From: an uncultured virus (IMG/VR IMGVR_UViG_3300042554_003148)
Lineage: Duplodnaviria; Heunggongvirae; Uroviricota; Caudoviricetes
Virus record (IMG/VR): IMGVR_UViG_3300042554_003148
Reading direction: 5' to 3' (one strand)
Length of the DNA: 64,000 nucleotides
The stretch's first letter is position 1; every line of letters begins with the position of its first letter. Shown in pieces: positions 19,676-29,976 of this stretch. Made by a program: the position numbers and the translations under genes. The notes beneath the pieces were generated by a model. It saw only the letters and a program-made list of their open reading frames with translations, searched no databases and was not told where the DNA came from.

Positions 19676-20243
19676 TAAGTGCTTATTATTGAATGCTGAC
19701 TATTCACCTTTAAGAATTATTAGTTGGCAAAAAGCTATTGTATGGTCTATTAAATATGAAAATAGTCCAACATTTAAAATAGAAATACTCGAATATTATA
19801 AAGATAAATTTATTCAGGGTACTAATAATAAACAATTTAAAGTACCATTGGTTGCTAAAACCGTAAGATTTTTTAATATCTACAATAGATCACTAAAGTT
19901 TTCTAGACAAAATCTATTTATTAGAGATAATCATACTTGTCAATATTGTGGTTTAAGATTTAATCATAATGAATTGACTTATGATCATGTTATTCCAAAA
20001 AGCCAATTCTATCCAGATAAAAAAGATGCTACAAATTGGCTAAATATAACAACCGCTTGTGTCAAATGCAATAGAAAAAAATCTAATAAAACTCCGGAAC
20101 AAGCAAACATGAAATTACTAAATATCCCCAAAAAACCATTTTATGAGCCAAGATACTTGCCTTTAGCGAAGGAGTTACATACTATATATGGTAGTAGCTC
20201 AGATCAAAAAGAATGGATAAAATATATAGATGGCTATTTTTAA
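19656..20243 (+). CDS. HNH endonuclease
   Basis: LLLNADYSPL N-terminus; RDNHTCQYCG...TYDHVIPKS...ACVKCNRKK. Confidence 0.9.
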   Translation: MNKAENSKCLLLNADYSPLRIISWQKAIVWSIKYENSPTFKIEILEYYKDKFIQGTNNKQFKVPLVAKTVRFFNIYNRSLKFSRQNLFIRDNHTCQYCGLRFNHNELTYDHVIPKSQFYPDKKDATNWLNITTACVKCNRKKSNKTPEQANMKLLNIPKKPFYEPRYLPLAKELHTIYGSSSDQKEWIKYIDGYF

Positions 20244-20637
20244 TACAAAACAACTAGATAATAGTAATGATAAATTTTATTGTTTGTCTGGATCCGAAGA
20301 TTATGTAGATCAGGATGGATATCCAAGACTATATGATGAGCATATGAACGATGCTGTAGCAAAAGTTGTCTTTACTAAAAGACCAAAACATTTTGAAGAC
20401 AGTAATAAATCATATGGTCGTTATTATATCAAACTAGATCCCAACTCTAAGATATTTAATCCGAAAAAGATTCTATCTCCCATAGAAGAAAAAAATTCTT
20501 TATCTTTTATCAATTTAGTATGTAAAACAGAATGGATATTTAGAGAGGTTACGCCGCAAGTATTTCAAAAATACATAACTTTTTTAAAGACAAAAAACAT
20601 ATCCTGGTTAAAAGATGCTCAAAGAGATTTGAAATAA
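20230..20637 (+). CDS. hypothetical protein (paralog of 21361..21747)
   Basis: Shares FYC, VDxxG, IK...FNP and FLxTxNxxWL with the downstream ORF. Confidence 0.7.
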   Translation: MAIFNTKQLDNSNDKFYCLSGSEDYVDQDGYPRLYDEHMNDAVAKVVFTKRPKHFEDSNKSYGRYYIKLDPNSKIFNPKKILSPIEEKNSLSFINLVCKTEWIFREVTPQVFQKYITFLKTKNISWLKDAQRDLK

Positions 20638-20978
20638 TGCCAACGTATACTTATTGTTGTAATCAGTGCAATAAAAAATTTGAGCTATTTTTTTATATCA
20701 AAGACTATAATCCGACACCAGTTTGTCTTTTTTGCTACGCTAAAGATACTGCAAGAAGCTATCATGATGATATAGGTTCCATACAAGGATCAGTTATAAA
20801 ACATGATAGCGAATTAAAAACTGTTGGCGATCTAGCAAATAGAAATAGAGATAAGATGAGCAATGATCAAAAGCAAGAGCTATATAATAAGCACAATGCC
20901 TATAAAGATCAATCGGTTAAACCATTACCAAAAGGAATGAGCAGAATACCGAAAGGAATTAAACCTAAATGGACATAA
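20637..20978 (+). CDS. FmdB-family zinc-ribbon protein
   Basis: MPTYTYCCNQC...F...CLFC. Confidence 0.8.
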   Translation: MPTYTYCCNQCNKKFELFFYIKDYNPTPVCLFCYAKDTARSYHDDIGSIQGSVIKHDSELKTVGDLANRNRDKMSNDQKQELYNKHNAYKDQSVKPLPKGMSRIPKGIKPKWT

Positions 20979-20984
20979 TAGTAT

Positions 20985-21368
20985 ATGGAACAAGATAATA
21001 TTAAAAGTATTTTACCAGAATGGTCGCCTGAAAATGAGACCTTCATTAAGAGTCAGGTAGAACAACTCAATAAAGATCATAATATCGATCTATCTGATTA
21101 TGACTATATCTTCAAAGACATGTATGAAATTAAGAAACAAACTGATGCAAAACACGAGATATTTATTAGTATAACAGCAAATATTTTGGAACATGATCCG
21201 AAGTCATCATTGCCACAATCAAAAGCTATATGTAATAATAATTACTATATTCCTGTGCCTTCTGGCAATAGTCATGATGATTATTTGAAATTATTTTTTG
21301 ACTATATAGAAAATTGTATGGGTCTTGCTGCCAATAACGCTCAATCTAAGGAAAATAAAGATGGATAA
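20985..21368 (+). CDS. hypothetical protein
   Basis: 127-aa ORF within the operon. Confidence 0.65.
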   Translation: MEQDNIKSILPEWSPENETFIKSQVEQLNKDHNIDLSDYDYIFKDMYEIKKQTDAKHEIFISITANILEHDPKSSLPQSKAICNNNYYIPVPSGNSHDDYLKLFFDYIENCMGLAANNAQSKENKDG

Positions 21369-21747
21369 GAATTTTATATTTAGTCCCAGTGCTCATACGT
21401 CTAATAATTCTCAATCCAATAAATATTTTTATTGTCATGCTAATCATGCAGAATTCGTGGATAATGAAGGAAATGGTAGAACGCATGAAGAAAATACCAA
21501 AACGCTTGCCAAGATTATAGAAAAAAATAATCATATGTCTTATCATATTAAAGTATCTAATAATAATCAGTTATTCAATCCTCTATCAAAGTTTGATACT
21601 GAAAAAAGCTATAGTTTTTTGGATAATGTTGTTAGACCAACAGACAAGTTTATTTCTGTTAATAGTCTTGTATTCTCATATTACTTAAAATTTTTATCAA
21701 CAGGCAACAACGCTTGGCTCAATAGAGCAGAAAGGGAAAGATTATAA
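21361..21747 (+). CDS. hypothetical protein (paralog of 20230..20637)
   Basis: ATG 21361 follows AAGGA; shares motifs with the 20230 ORF. Confidence 0.7.
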   Translation: MDKNFIFSPSAHTSNNSQSNKYFYCHANHAEFVDNEGNGRTHEENTKTLAKIIEKNNHMSYHIKVSNNNQLFNPLSKFDTEKSYSFLDNVVRPTDKFISVNSLVFSYYLKFLSTGNNAWLNRAERERL

Positions 21748-22055
21748 TGAGTAAATTATCAAAAAGTAGTATCTATGCTATTAAATATTTATTTAGTCAA
21801 GGATTGAATGCTGAACAGATATCATCGGAGATCAACCTGTCTGTCGATAATATTCAAAGTATTATAGAATCAGAAAATTTAATTAAACAACCTCCAACAG
21901 CTAAAGACCTTATGATAAACCAAACAGCTGTTAAAAGAACAAATAGTGTCGCTATTATGACCAAGGAAGCTTCTATGATGAATGATCATGATAGAATCAA
22001 ATTTGCATCTCAAAAAAGTTCCACAGAGCACATATTTAGACCATTTAGTAAATGA
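21747..22055 (+). CDS. hypothetical protein with N-terminal HTH-like segment
   Basis: QGLNAEQISSEINLSVDNIQSII fits an HTH pattern. Confidence 0.55.
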   Translation: MSKLSKSSIYAIKYLFSQGLNAEQISSEINLSVDNIQSIIESENLIKQPPTAKDLMINQTAVKRTNSVAIMTKEASMMNDHDRIKFASQKSSTEHIFRPFSK

Positions 22056-22471
22056 AATTCATATCTCGTTATTCTAATAATAAAGAAGTGTCTGCCGCTC
22101 AATATATCGTAGAACTAATCTGTGAAAAAAAAGCAAAATTTGACAAAAAGGATTTACATTATAGATTTTGGGTTAACAAGGAATGGTCTGCATACTATAG
22201 AAATCAAATAGCAACAGCAAACAAATTGGTAAAAAAGTATAATCCTTTGGCTATAGTCAAGGCTTTACAAGATGATAAAACAGCAAATACATATTCGTTG
22301 CGAGCGCCTTTTCTTATTCCTATAATAGAACACTACGAGAAACTTATAGATTCACAGAATAAAGATTTTTCCAAAACTATAGATAGATCTTTGAATAAAA
22401 AACACAAAACAAACATTAGTAAAACCAAAAATATACTTTCAATTTTAGAGGACATAGACAATGAGTCTTAA
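22052..22471 (+). CDS. hypothetical basic protein
   Basis: ORF overlapping both neighbours. Confidence 0.65.
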   Translation: MKFISRYSNNKEVSAAQYIVELICEKKAKFDKKDLHYRFWVNKEWSAYYRNQIATANKLVKKYNPLAIVKALQDDKTANTYSLRAPFLIPIIEHYEKLIDSQNKDFSKTIDRSLNKKHKTNISKTKNILSILEDIDNES

Positions 22472-23474
22472 AGAAGATATAATAAAAAATTTTGGAGATG
22501 ATATTATACTATCCGGTAACTCGCTAGTAGAAAAAAAGATACTGACTATCCCAATTAGTCCAGCCCTAGATATAGTTCTAGGTGGCGGTATACCGGAAGG
22601 TAGTTTCGTAATATTTACTGGACAACCAAAATGTGGAAAAACGTTATCTTCGTTGGATTTTGCTACCACAGCACAAAAACCAGAATATCAAGGAGATCTA
22701 AAGAGTCCTAGAGAAGTGTACTATCTAAACATCGAAGGTAGATTAAAACAAAGAGATCTATTAGGTATCAAAGGATTGGACTTAACTCGATTTCATATCA
22801 TAGGATCTCAACAAGGAAAAATTTTACACGCTGAAGAATATTTACAAATAGCTGAGAGAATCATCAATGAGATTCCCGGGTCGATAGTTATCATAGATTC
22901 CTATTCTGCATTATGTACAGAAGCAGAAATTACTAGCGATATGGATAAAATGCAAAGAGCAGACGGAGCAAAACTATTAGCTAAATTCTGTAGAAAAGTT
23001 TCTAACGTTATTCCTGTTAATAAAAATATCGTAATTGGTATTACTCATTTAATGGGCAACCCAACAGGATATGGAGCGGAATTTAAGGAGAAAAGCGGAC
23101 AAGGTATCGCCTATCAAACCGATATTAAATTACGAGCAAAAAGTTCTAAACCATGGTCTTTAGGAGCAGATGATACACAGATAGGTCAAGAGGTTGAGTG
23201 GCAAGTTATTTGTTCTGCTCTTGGGCCTCCAGGTGGAGTAGCAAAAAGCTTTATCCGATATAACGAAGGCATAGATAAACTCACGGAGCTTGTTAATTTG
23301 GCCTCAGACGTCGGAGTTATAAATAAAGGCGGGGCATGGTATACAGTTAAAACAGCCAAAGAAAACCATAAATTTCAGGGAGCAGAAAAAGTACGACTAT
23401 TTCTAATGGAAAATCCGGATATTGCTAAAGAAGTTGAAAGTTCTATTAAAAGTATATTAGGTATCACAAAGTGA
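22461..23474 (+). CDS. recA: RecA/UvsX-like recombinase
   Basis: LDIVLGGGIPEG, GQPKCGKT Walker A, IIDSYSAL Walker B, GVINKGGAWY and FQG.EK. Confidence 0.9.
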   Translation: MSLKEDIIKNFGDDIILSGNSLVEKKILTIPISPALDIVLGGGIPEGSFVIFTGQPKCGKTLSSLDFATTAQKPEYQGDLKSPREVYYLNIEGRLKQRDLLGIKGLDLTRFHIIGSQQGKILHAEEYLQIAERIINEIPGSIVIIDSYSALCTEAEITSDMDKMQRADGAKLLAKFCRKVSNVIPVNKNIVIGITHLMGNPTGYGAEFKEKSGQGIAYQTDIKLRAKSSKPWSLGADDTQIGQEVEWQVICSALGPPGGVAKSFIRYNEGIDKLTELVNLASDVGVINKGGAWYTVKTAKENHKFQGAEKVRLFLMENPDIAKEVESSIKSILGITK

Positions 23475-23884
23475 TGGATGTTGTGAATTTAGATGGCGAT
23501 ATAGTATCTTGGCACTTGACTGGACACATCGCCAAAGGTAGAATAGCACATAAGTCGTCGTATCATCTACTTGCCAGGGGTCTATTGATAGACTTATTTC
23601 CTACACTACAAATTCTTGAAGAAGTATCAATACCCTTAAAAAGAAATGAAACCTTATATTTGGATTTTTATATACCGTTATCAAAATTATGTATCGAAGT
23701 TCATGGTGAACAACACTATAAATTTATACCATTCTATCACGGAAATATAATGAGTTTTTTGAAAGCTCAAAAAAAAGATAGAGAAAAAAAGGAATGGTGC
23801 GACAATAATAATATTCGTTATATAGAATTGCCTTATAATGAAAATCAAGAGCAATGGATAAATAGAATAAATCATGAACAATAA
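23471..23884 (+). CDS. Vsr/DUF559-like PD-(D/E)XK endonuclease
   Basis: LDFYIP..KLCIEVHGEQHY...DREKKEWC..NNIRYIELPY. Confidence 0.75.
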   Translation: MMDVVNLDGDIVSWHLTGHIAKGRIAHKSSYHLLARGLLIDLFPTLQILEEVSIPLKRNETLYLDFYIPLSKLCIEVHGEQHYKFIPFYHGNIMSFLKAQKKDREKKEWCDNNNIRYIELPYNENQEQWINRINHEQ

Positions 23885-24365
23885 AACATCAAAAGAAGAA
23901 TTACAATATTGGGATAAGATATTAGATGAGTATGAAACATCTATTGGATTATCGGAATATTCTGCATCCGTAATATCTTCACAAGAGATCAATACCTATA
24001 CATCAATGAGTAGAGATGAAATAGAGAAGCTTAATCCTGAAGATTGTGCTCAAATATCTTATAGACTATCTCAATTTGCTTTTTATTTACAGCGTAGTTT
24101 AAATAGAGAACTTGCTAGATATAATTGGGCAGAAGAAAGTATCAAAGAAGTGATTGCTGACGAAATAAATAACTATAAAGGATATGGATATATAGAGAAA
24201 TCTATACAAGCTATAAAACATAACGAAAAAGCCACAGGACTTAATAGTATTAGAAAATACGCAAAACAACGTAGTGATAGATTACAATACTTAGCCAATA
24301 GTATAAAAAATCTATCTGATATTATGTTATCTATTCAAAAGAGTAAAACTAAACATGGATCCTAA
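23874..24365 (+). CDS. helical/coiled-coil protein (possible UvsY-like recombination mediator)
   Basis: All-helical pattern, located between the recombinase and helicase genes. The function is inferred from context only. Confidence 0.5.
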   Translation: MNNKTSKEELQYWDKILDEYETSIGLSEYSASVISSQEINTYTSMSRDEIEKLNPEDCAQISYRLSQFAFYLQRSLNRELARYNWAEESIKEVIADEINNYKGYGYIEKSIQAIKHNEKATGLNSIRKYAKQRSDRLQYLANSIKNLSDIMLSIQKSKTKHGS

Positions 24366-24786
24366 AGACTTATTAAATAATCCTGATCAGATAAAAAATC
24401 TAATTTCTTTATTACAAGCTATGCTGCCTAACGAAGAAAAACAAGAACAAAAACCAACTAAAGCAAAATCAAAAAGTAAAAAAGAGACGGAAGCTTCAAC
24501 AGAAGAGCCTTCTTTCAATAGTAAAATTAAAACGAAGAATAAAAGGACATCGCAAGTGTCCTCTGTTAATAAATTTGAAAAAATGATGGAATTCAATATG
24601 CATAAAGATGATAAGCTAATAGATGAAAAATTAGCAAAACATCCGCCGGTTGCACGAACAAGAGAATACGAACCAATATCTGTGAAGTGCAGAGTTTGTG
24701 GAAAAACAGAGAATATAAATCCAGCTCTTGTGCATGACAGTCCTTCGCGCTATAAATGTAATAACTGTTCGACAAACGCTGGGTGA
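24355..24786 (+). CDS. hypothetical protein with C-terminal Zn ribbon
   Basis: CRVC...CNNC. Confidence 0.65.
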   Translation: MDPKDLLNNPDQIKNLISLLQAMLPNEEKQEQKPTKAKSKSKKETEASTEEPSFNSKIKTKNKRTSQVSSVNKFEKMMEFNMHKDDKLIDEKLAKHPPVARTREYEPISVKCRVCGKTENINPALVHDSPSRYKCNNCSTNAG

Positions 24787-24792
24787 GATGAA

Positions 24793-26259
24793 ATGATACT
24801 TTGTGATCCTGCCGCAGAGAGAGCGGTATTGTCTGGTATATGTAAATATGGTGAAAATGCATATTTAGATATTGCCGATATTGTACAGCCATCGACATTT
24901 ACTGTTGATAGTAATGCTATGATTTTTCAGGTTATAAAAGAAATCTGTGAGAAAGATCATAGTCCATCTATAGATATAGCATCGATATTATCAACTTCCC
25001 AATCATTAAATTTTAGTCATATTCTATCTCAAAAGAATGAGACACAACATTTAAAAGCTATTATTGATTTTCCTGTTAATCTTGAAAACGTGAGAAAGTT
25101 TGCTGCAAAAATACGCAAACTACAAATCGCTAGACTTTTAAGGGAACAACTGGAAAATGCTAAAGAAAAATTACTAGATATTAGTGGCAATGAGCCAATA
25201 TCATCTATTATAGGACTAGCAGAAGATAGTATATTTAACTTTTCAACTCTATTAAATGATACAGATAATAATCCTGTTTGTGTTGCTAATATAGTCGATG
25301 ATTATATCAATAATATTAAAGAAAATCCAATCGATCAAGTCGGTATATCGACAGGGTTTCACGTTTATGATAACGCTATAGGGGGTGGTTTACGAAAAGG
25401 ATCCGTTAGTATCATAGCAGCAAGACCAAAAACCGGTAAAACGCTTCTGGCAGATAATATAGGGTTACACATAGCTAAGAATGTAAAAATTCCTGTATTG
25501 AATATGGATACAGAAATGAGTACTGATGATCATTTAAATAGATTATTGGCTATGATGACAGAAATAGAAATTAATGATATAGAAACTGGGAAAGCTTTTG
25601 AATCACCGGATAAGAATACCAGATTAGTTGGTGCTCAACAAGAATTAAAAAACGCTAAACTTTACTATAAATCAATAGCTGGTAAACCATTTGAAGAGCA
25701 ATTGGCTATAATGAGACGATGGTTAGTAAAGGAGGTTGGATTGCATCCAGACGGCACAGCAAAAGATTGTGTTATAGTTTACGATTATCTAAAACTTATG
25801 GATAGTCAAGGAATTAGTCAAGATCTTAAAGAATACCAAGTTCTAGGCTTTATGATGACTAGTTTGCATAATTTTGCTGTCAGATATAAAGTTCCGATTC
25901 TTGGATTTATTCAATTAAATAGAGATGGAATAACAAAAGAAACAACAGATACTGCTAGCGGATCAGATAGAATTATATGGCTATGTAGTAATTTTACAAT
26001 CTTCAAAAGAAAAAGCGATGAAGAAATTGCAGAAGATGGCCCAAATAATGGTAATAGAAAACTTGTTCCTATTATTAGTAGACATGGTGGTGGTTTAGAT
26101 GATAATGATTATATTAATTGTCATATGAAGGGCTGGTGCGCAAAAATTGAAGAAGGTAAGACTAGATTGGAATTAGTAAATAATAATACTAACACAGATA
26201 AAGGATTTATTGTTAATGACGAGAACAATGATGACGATCAAGAAATCCCGTTCATATAA
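24793..26259 (+). CDS. dnaB: replicative DNA helicase
   Basis: AERAVL N-terminus, GISTGF, AARPKTGKT, DTEM, DYLKL and QLNR. Confidence 0.92.
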   Translation: MILCDPAAERAVLSGICKYGENAYLDIADIVQPSTFTVDSNAMIFQVIKEICEKDHSPSIDIASILSTSQSLNFSHILSQKNETQHLKAIIDFPVNLENVRKFAAKIRKLQIARLLREQLENAKEKLLDISGNEPISSIIGLAEDSIFNFSTLLNDTDNNPVCVANIVDDYINNIKENPIDQVGISTGFHVYDNAIGGGLRKGSVSIIAARPKTGKTLLADNIGLHIAKNVKIPVLNMDTEMSTDDHLNRLLAMMTEIEINDIETGKAFESPDKNTRLVGAQQELKNAKLYYKSIAGKPFEEQLAIMRRWLVKEVGLHPDGTAKDCVIVYDYLKLMDSQGISQDLKEYQVLGFMMTSLHNFAVRYKVPILGFIQLNRDGITKETTDTASGSDRIIWLCSNFTIFKRKSDEEIAEDGPNNGNRKLVPIISRHGGGLDDNDYINCHMKGWCAKIEEGKTRLELVNNNTNTDKGFIVNDENNDDDQEIPFI

Positions 26260-27385
26260 TCAGCAACAACTAAAAGTATTGTCCGATTATTTATGCGAAG
26301 ATATAGATAATCTATTAGATAGTCTAAATATCACAGACTATAAAATATTTGATCGTATGATTGCCATGAGATGTCCTATACACGGAGGAGATAACAACTC
26401 TGCGTGTAACTTATATTATAAAGGGGACTCATACAGGGGAAACTGGAAGTGTCGTACTCATCAATGCGAAGAAACATTCAAAGGATCTATCATTGGTTTT
26501 ATTAGAGGCTGTTTGTCTAAACAAAATGGATGGACAGGACCAGGAGATTCGACAGTATCTTTTAATGATGCTGTTGAATATGCAATAAAGTTTAGTAAGA
26601 AAAATCCTGATAATATTAAAGTCAATAAAAAAGAGGTTGAAAAAAATAATTTTGTTAATGTTATCAATCATATACAGTCTGATATAAGACTAAAAGATGA
26701 ATCACCAAAGGTGTCAAGAGCCACTATTATTAAAAATCTAGATATTCCATCACAATACTTTTTGGATAGAGGATTTTCAAGAGATATATTAATCAAATAT
26801 GATGTTGGAGAATGCACCAGTCGTGAAAAAGAAATGTTCCAAAGGGCAGTTGTTCCTGTTTATGACGATTCTCACTCACATATGGTAGGATGTTCTGGAA
26901 GAAGTCTGTTCGACTCCTGCGAAAAATGTAAGGGCTATCATAGTTTAGACGCATTATGTCCAAAAGATGACTATTTATGGCAATACTCTAAATGGAAGCA
27001 TAATAAGGGATTTAAGACTCAAGAATATCTATATAATTTATGGTATGCGAAAGACTATATACAACAAAGTAAAAGTATAATTCTTGTAGAAAGTCCCGGC
27101 AATGTATGGAGACTTGAAGAGGCAGGAATACATAATAGCGTAGCCCTATTCGGATCTGTGCTACAAGACAAACAAAAACTATTATTGGATATATCCGGGG
27201 CTATGAGTATATATATGTTAATGGATAATGATGAAGCTGGCAAAAAAGCATCAGAAAAAATTTATGATAAATGTTCGAAAACATATAATGTCTATAAAAT
27301 AGATATTGATCATCCTGATGTTGCCGAGATGACCGTCTCAGAAGTAAAAGAAATTATTTCACCACAAATACGAGATAAGTACTAA
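26228..27385 (+). CDS. dnaG: DNA primase (Zn-binding domain plus TOPRIM)
   Basis: CPIH...CRTHQC, YFLDRG, R.VVPVYD, GR, LYNL, ILVES and MDNDEAG. Confidence 0.88.
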   Translation: MMTIKKSRSYNQQQLKVLSDYLCEDIDNLLDSLNITDYKIFDRMIAMRCPIHGGDNNSACNLYYKGDSYRGNWKCRTHQCEETFKGSIIGFIRGCLSKQNGWTGPGDSTVSFNDAVEYAIKFSKKNPDNIKVNKKEVEKNNFVNVINHIQSDIRLKDESPKVSRATIIKNLDIPSQYFLDRGFSRDILIKYDVGECTSREKEMFQRAVVPVYDDSHSHMVGCSGRSLFDSCEKCKGYHSLDALCPKDDYLWQYSKWKHNKGFKTQEYLYNLWYAKDYIQQSKSIILVESPGNVWRLEEAGIHNSVALFGSVLQDKQKLLLDISGAMSIYMLMDNDEAGKKASEKIYDKCSKTYNVYKIDIDHPDVAEMTVSEVKEIISPQIRDKY

Positions 27386-27978
27386 TGAATACCAAAATTA
27401 TAGCATTTTCTGGACGTAAACAGTCTGGCAAAACTATTTGTTCAGAATTTTTAAAAGGATTATTATTATCTAATGGATATTCTGATGTTGAAATATATAA
27501 CTTTGCAGACCCATTGAAAGAAGACATATGCATGAACATGTTTGGATTATCATATGCTCAGTGTTATGGCGAAGATCATAATAAGAATGAACTAGTTGAT
27601 GCCTATTGGGAAGATAAGCAACTAACAGCACGAGATTTAATGCAATTAATAGGCACGGACTTATTTAGAAAATTAAATAATAATATTTGGGTAAATGCTC
27701 TTATCAATAAAATTAAAAAGAGTAAACTTCAAGTTGTTATAGTTTCTGATTGTAGATTTCCTAATGAAATAGAAGCTATAAAAAATAATGGAGGAATAGT
27801 ATTTCGACTAAATAGAAATCCACACAAATCAGAACATATTAGCGAATCAATATTGGATGCTTGCAGATATGATTGGAATAATTTTAATGCTATCATTAAT
27901 AATGAACATATGACAGTTAGAGAGCAATATGATAAACTTAAAAAACTTATGTTACATTTTAATGTACTACCACAATAA
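27385..27978 (+). CDS. deoxynucleoside monophosphate kinase
   Basis: GRKQSGKT, FADPLK, RDLMQLIGTD, DCRFPNE and HISE. Confidence 0.9.
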   Translation: MNTKIIAFSGRKQSGKTICSEFLKGLLLSNGYSDVEIYNFADPLKEDICMNMFGLSYAQCYGEDHNKNELVDAYWEDKQLTARDLMQLIGTDLFRKLNNNIWVNALINKIKKSKLQVVIVSDCRFPNEIEAIKNNGGIVFRLNRNPHKSEHISESILDACRYDWNNFNAIINNEHMTVREQYDKLKKLMLHFNVLPQ

Positions 27979-27987
27979 TAGGATATC

Positions 27988-29976
27988 ATGATTATAACTT
28001 ATTTCCGTAGTTCGTCTTATAATGCCCATTCTATGTGCGAACAACAATATTTTTTTGAATATGTACTAGGATGGAGGGGCCCAAGTGGACAAAAGGCGGA
28101 TAAAGGAACAATAGTCCATAAAGTTTTAGAAATTCTTGCCATGATCAAACAAGGTCAGCAAGATAAATTATCTCATATAAATGATGACGAATTCTTAGGT
28201 CTTATAGATATAAATGACTATAGTCTTAATACCATAATAGAAAAAGTATACAAGCATTATAGTACCGCTAATAGTCATCATACTTGGACTCTAAAAGATT
28301 ATAAGGACTGCTATAATTGGGTTTACAAGGCTATAGAATTTAATGGCGGTATGTTTGATCCTAGAAATCGCACCATTCTTAGACCAGAACAACACTTTGA
28401 TTTGGTAATAGAAAAACCATGGGCTAAATACGAGTATAATATTAATAATCAAAAACTAGATGGATATTTGGGCTTAAAAGGCACTATAGATCTTATAACT
28501 TTGGCTAATGATAATACTATTGAGGTCATAGATTGGAAAGGATTGCCATTAGATACAAAATTACCTACTCTTGACGGATGGACAACAATTGCAGATATAA
28601 ATGTGGGATGTAATGTCTTTGATCAATACGGTAATATATGTCGCGTTGTTGGAAAATCAAAAGTCAAAACAAAAAAATGTTTCAGAGTAACTTTTGATGA
28701 CAAAACATCGGTAATTTGTGACGATGAGCATTTATGGAAATTATCTAATGGTGAAACGGTATCTATACAGGATCTAGTTATTGGCGATACTATTAATGTG
28801 ACAAAACCATTAAAATGTAATGAACAATCCCTACCAATAGATCCTTATCTATTAGGAGTCTGGTTAGGAGACGGAAGAAATAGAGGCTGCGAGATTAGTG
28901 GCAATGATACTGAAATTTTTGAAGAAATACAAGCAAGAGGTTATGAGCTAGGAAAAATTCAAAATGATAAAAGATCAAAAAATAAGACAGTATCGATCCT
29001 AAATGTGACAAAAATACTAAAATCTTTAAATCTATTGAATAATAAACATATACCAAAAATTTATTTGAGAGCATCTTTTCAACAAAGGCTAGACTTACTA
29101 AGGGGTTTGATGGATACAGACGGAAATGTAAATCCAATTAGAAAACAAACTGTGTTTACTTCTTGTAATAAAAAACTATCCGACGATGTTAAAGACCTAC
29201 TTTTAACCCTTGGGCAAAGACCGAATCAAGCGTGTATTAAAAGAGATACAAATTACAAAAAAAACGTAATCATATATCCTATTTCGTTTCGTCCAATTGA
29301 CATTAATCCTTTTCTATTGAGCAGGAAAAAAGAACTTGTGGATGTAAATTGGGGATCTGGAAGATCTAGGGTTAGACGAGTTTCTAAAATAGAAGAATCG
29401 ATTATACAAAAAACTCAATGCATTTCCGTAGACAGTCCAGACAATACTTATCTGTGTACAGAAAATTATATTCCAACACATAATACTGGACGAAGACTAG
29501 ATTGGGCAACAGGACAAGAAAAAACACAAGAAAAATTAGAAAAAGATCCTCAACTCAAAATCTATCATTATGCTATTAAAAAACTGTATCCTCATATAGA
29601 GAATGTTATTTTTTCCATATATTTTATTAATGATGGTGGTCCTTTTTCTATGGTTTTTCATGATAGCGATCTTGCCGATACTGAAAATATGTTACGTCAA
29701 AAATTTGAAATCATTAAACAAACTAAACGACCACGATTGAATAAAAGTTGGATGTGTAATAAATTATGTCATTTTGGTAAGACTACATTTGCTAATACTA
29801 ATATTGAGCCATTGAAAGAGTATAGGGATGGACAAATATGTCAAAAAGATTCGATCATGACAAAATGTGAACAAGTGAAGCACGACCTTGAACTTTACGG
29901 GATCGATGCTACAATGAGTATGTACAAGCACCCGAATCATTCTTTTGGATCCTACAAAGCACCCGGAACCGTATGA
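27988..29976 (+). CDS. Cas4-like/AddB PD-(D/E)XK exonuclease interrupted by an intein
   Basis: SSYN...C N-terminus, GTIVHKVLE, GTIDL...IDWK|TG, QLKIY and a C-terminal CxxxC cluster; 347 aa after splicing. Confidence 0.88.
   Translation: MIITYFRSSSYNAHSMCEQQYFFEYVLGWRGPSGQKADKGTIVHKVLEILAMIKQGQQDKLSHINDDEFLGLIDINDYSLNTIIEKVYKHYSTANSHHTWTLKDYKDCYNWVYKAIEFNGGMFDPRNRTILRPEQHFDLVIEKPWAKYEYNINNQKLDGYLGLKGTIDLITLANDNTIEVIDWKGLPLDTKLPTLDGWTTIADINVGCNVFDQYGNICRVVGKSKVKTKKCFRVTFDDKTSVICDDEHLWKLSNGETVSIQDLVIGDTINVTKPLKCNEQSLPIDPYLLGVWLGDGRNRGCEISGNDTEIFEEIQARGYELGKIQNDKRSKNKTVSILNVTKILKSLNLLNNKHIPKIYLRASFQQRLDLLRGLMDTDGNVNPIRKQTVFTSCNKKLSDDVKDLLLTLGQRPNQACIKRDTNYKKNVIIYPISFRPIDINPFLLSRKKELVDVNWGSGRSRVRRVSKIEESIIQKTQCISVDSPDNTYLCTENYIPTHNTGRRLDWATGQEKTQEKLEKDPQLKIYHYAIKKLYPHIENVIFSIYFINDGGPFSMVFHDSDLADTENMLRQKFEIIKQTKRPRLNKSWMCNKLCHFGKTTFANTNIEPLKEYRDGQICQKDSIMTKCEQVKHDLELYGIDATMSMYKHPNHSFGSYKAPGTV
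28540..29484 (+). mobile_element. class 3 intein (Gly1, WCT triplet) with LAGLIDADG homing endonuclease, 315 aa
   Basis: Block A GLPLDTKLPTLDGW, block B CDDEHLW, LAGLIDADG motifs LGVWLGDG and LRGLMDTDG, block F TQCISVDS, block G IPTHN followed by Thr+1. Confidence 0.9.

Noticed and set aside
27988..29976. CRISPR-Cas system because of the Cas4-like gene
   Set aside because: No repeat-spacer array or other cas genes; solo Cas4-like nucleases are common in phage replication modules.
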